DNA of 62,172 bases, filler included, from Sphacelaria rigidula (Eukaryota), in assembly GCA_964200075.2 (NCBI GenBank). It is 6 parts of 6 records of this genome, joined end to end, with 100 filler letters (N's around TTAATTAATTAA, not from the genome) between each part and the next. Parts side by side here need not be neighbours in the genome. Positions count along the whole stretch, not along the records: positions 51,895 to 62,172 come from CAXNAA020006808.1; 5 more parts are not named here. One strand, written 5' to 3'. The position numbers were made by a program, and so were the translations under genes. Shown here piece by piece: positions 61,600-62,172 of this stretch (its first letter is position 1; each line of letters begins with the position of its first letter). Below the pieces are notes generated by a model. It ran no database searches. It was not told the origin of the DNA and was given only the letters and a program-made list of their open reading frames with translations.

Positions 61600-62172
61600 C
61601 TGTCCCATATGACATGTGCGGATACAAAGGGGAACAGCAGGCCAAAGAACAAGGATACGTAATTATCATATCAAATCCAAACATCACGAAAGGACTTGTC
61701 GTTTTTTCTTGCCATCCAAGGGAGAAATCATTACACTCTTCTCCACGGTGAACATGGATACGTAAGGTGCACAAATGCACCCACACACGAGCACAGGGGA
61801 AAAGAAAGAAAGAAAGAATGAAAGAAATGTTTACGATGCCGGGCGCGGTGGAAAAGAGAGCCGGTCGAATTGTTGTGAGCACCGTCTCGAACTTGAATTA
61901 CTCGTCTGAGCGGATAAAGTTTTGAAAAAAAAGACGAAACGAAACGAAACGAAACGAAACGAAACGAAACGATTCTTTTTTTGTCCCGCTTCAAACCCCT
62001 GCCCTTCCTCGGGATTAGTCCGTGGTCTCGAAGAATCAACCCATCTTTCCCCGGTATCGACCAAGGCAAGTAACGAATGAGTACACCCTCCTCCCCCCCC
62101 CCCCCCCCCCGCCCCCCCCACGACCCCCCCCCCCCCCCCCCCCCAGCCCGCGCCTGACCCGCACTCCGTGCC

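Overview
Eukaryotic, intron-rich, transposon-saturated DNA. It is most consistent with a stramenopile, probably a brown alga; this is inferred from the short exons in long TE-filled introns and the repeat types. The window is not one locus: it is six segments of 10,278-10,279 bp joined by identical 100-nt N-TTAATTAATTAA-N linkers, most likely size-sorted unplaced contigs, so adjacency across linkers carries no meaning. Three host genes are partly visible as spliced exons: a CAMK-group Ser/Thr kinase (3 exons, minus, contig 3), an EFL1/Ria1 elongation-factor-like GTPase (3 exons, plus, contig 5), and the 3' half of a MOV10/SDE3/Armitage-like SF1 RNA helicase (8 exons, minus, one GC-AG intron, contig 6). 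The rest is mostly decayed mobile DNA: two RTE-like LINEs, 3' fragments of another LINE family, two Ty3/Gypsy families, a tRNA-derived SINE, hAT-, piggyBac-, Tc1- and Sola-like non-autonomous elements, minisatellites and microsatellites. The least explained stretch is 16.0-20.7 kb, a head-to-tail series of decayed, paralogous, apparently intronless minus-strand ORFs separated by related spacers. No intact novel system can be demonstrated from the sequence alone.
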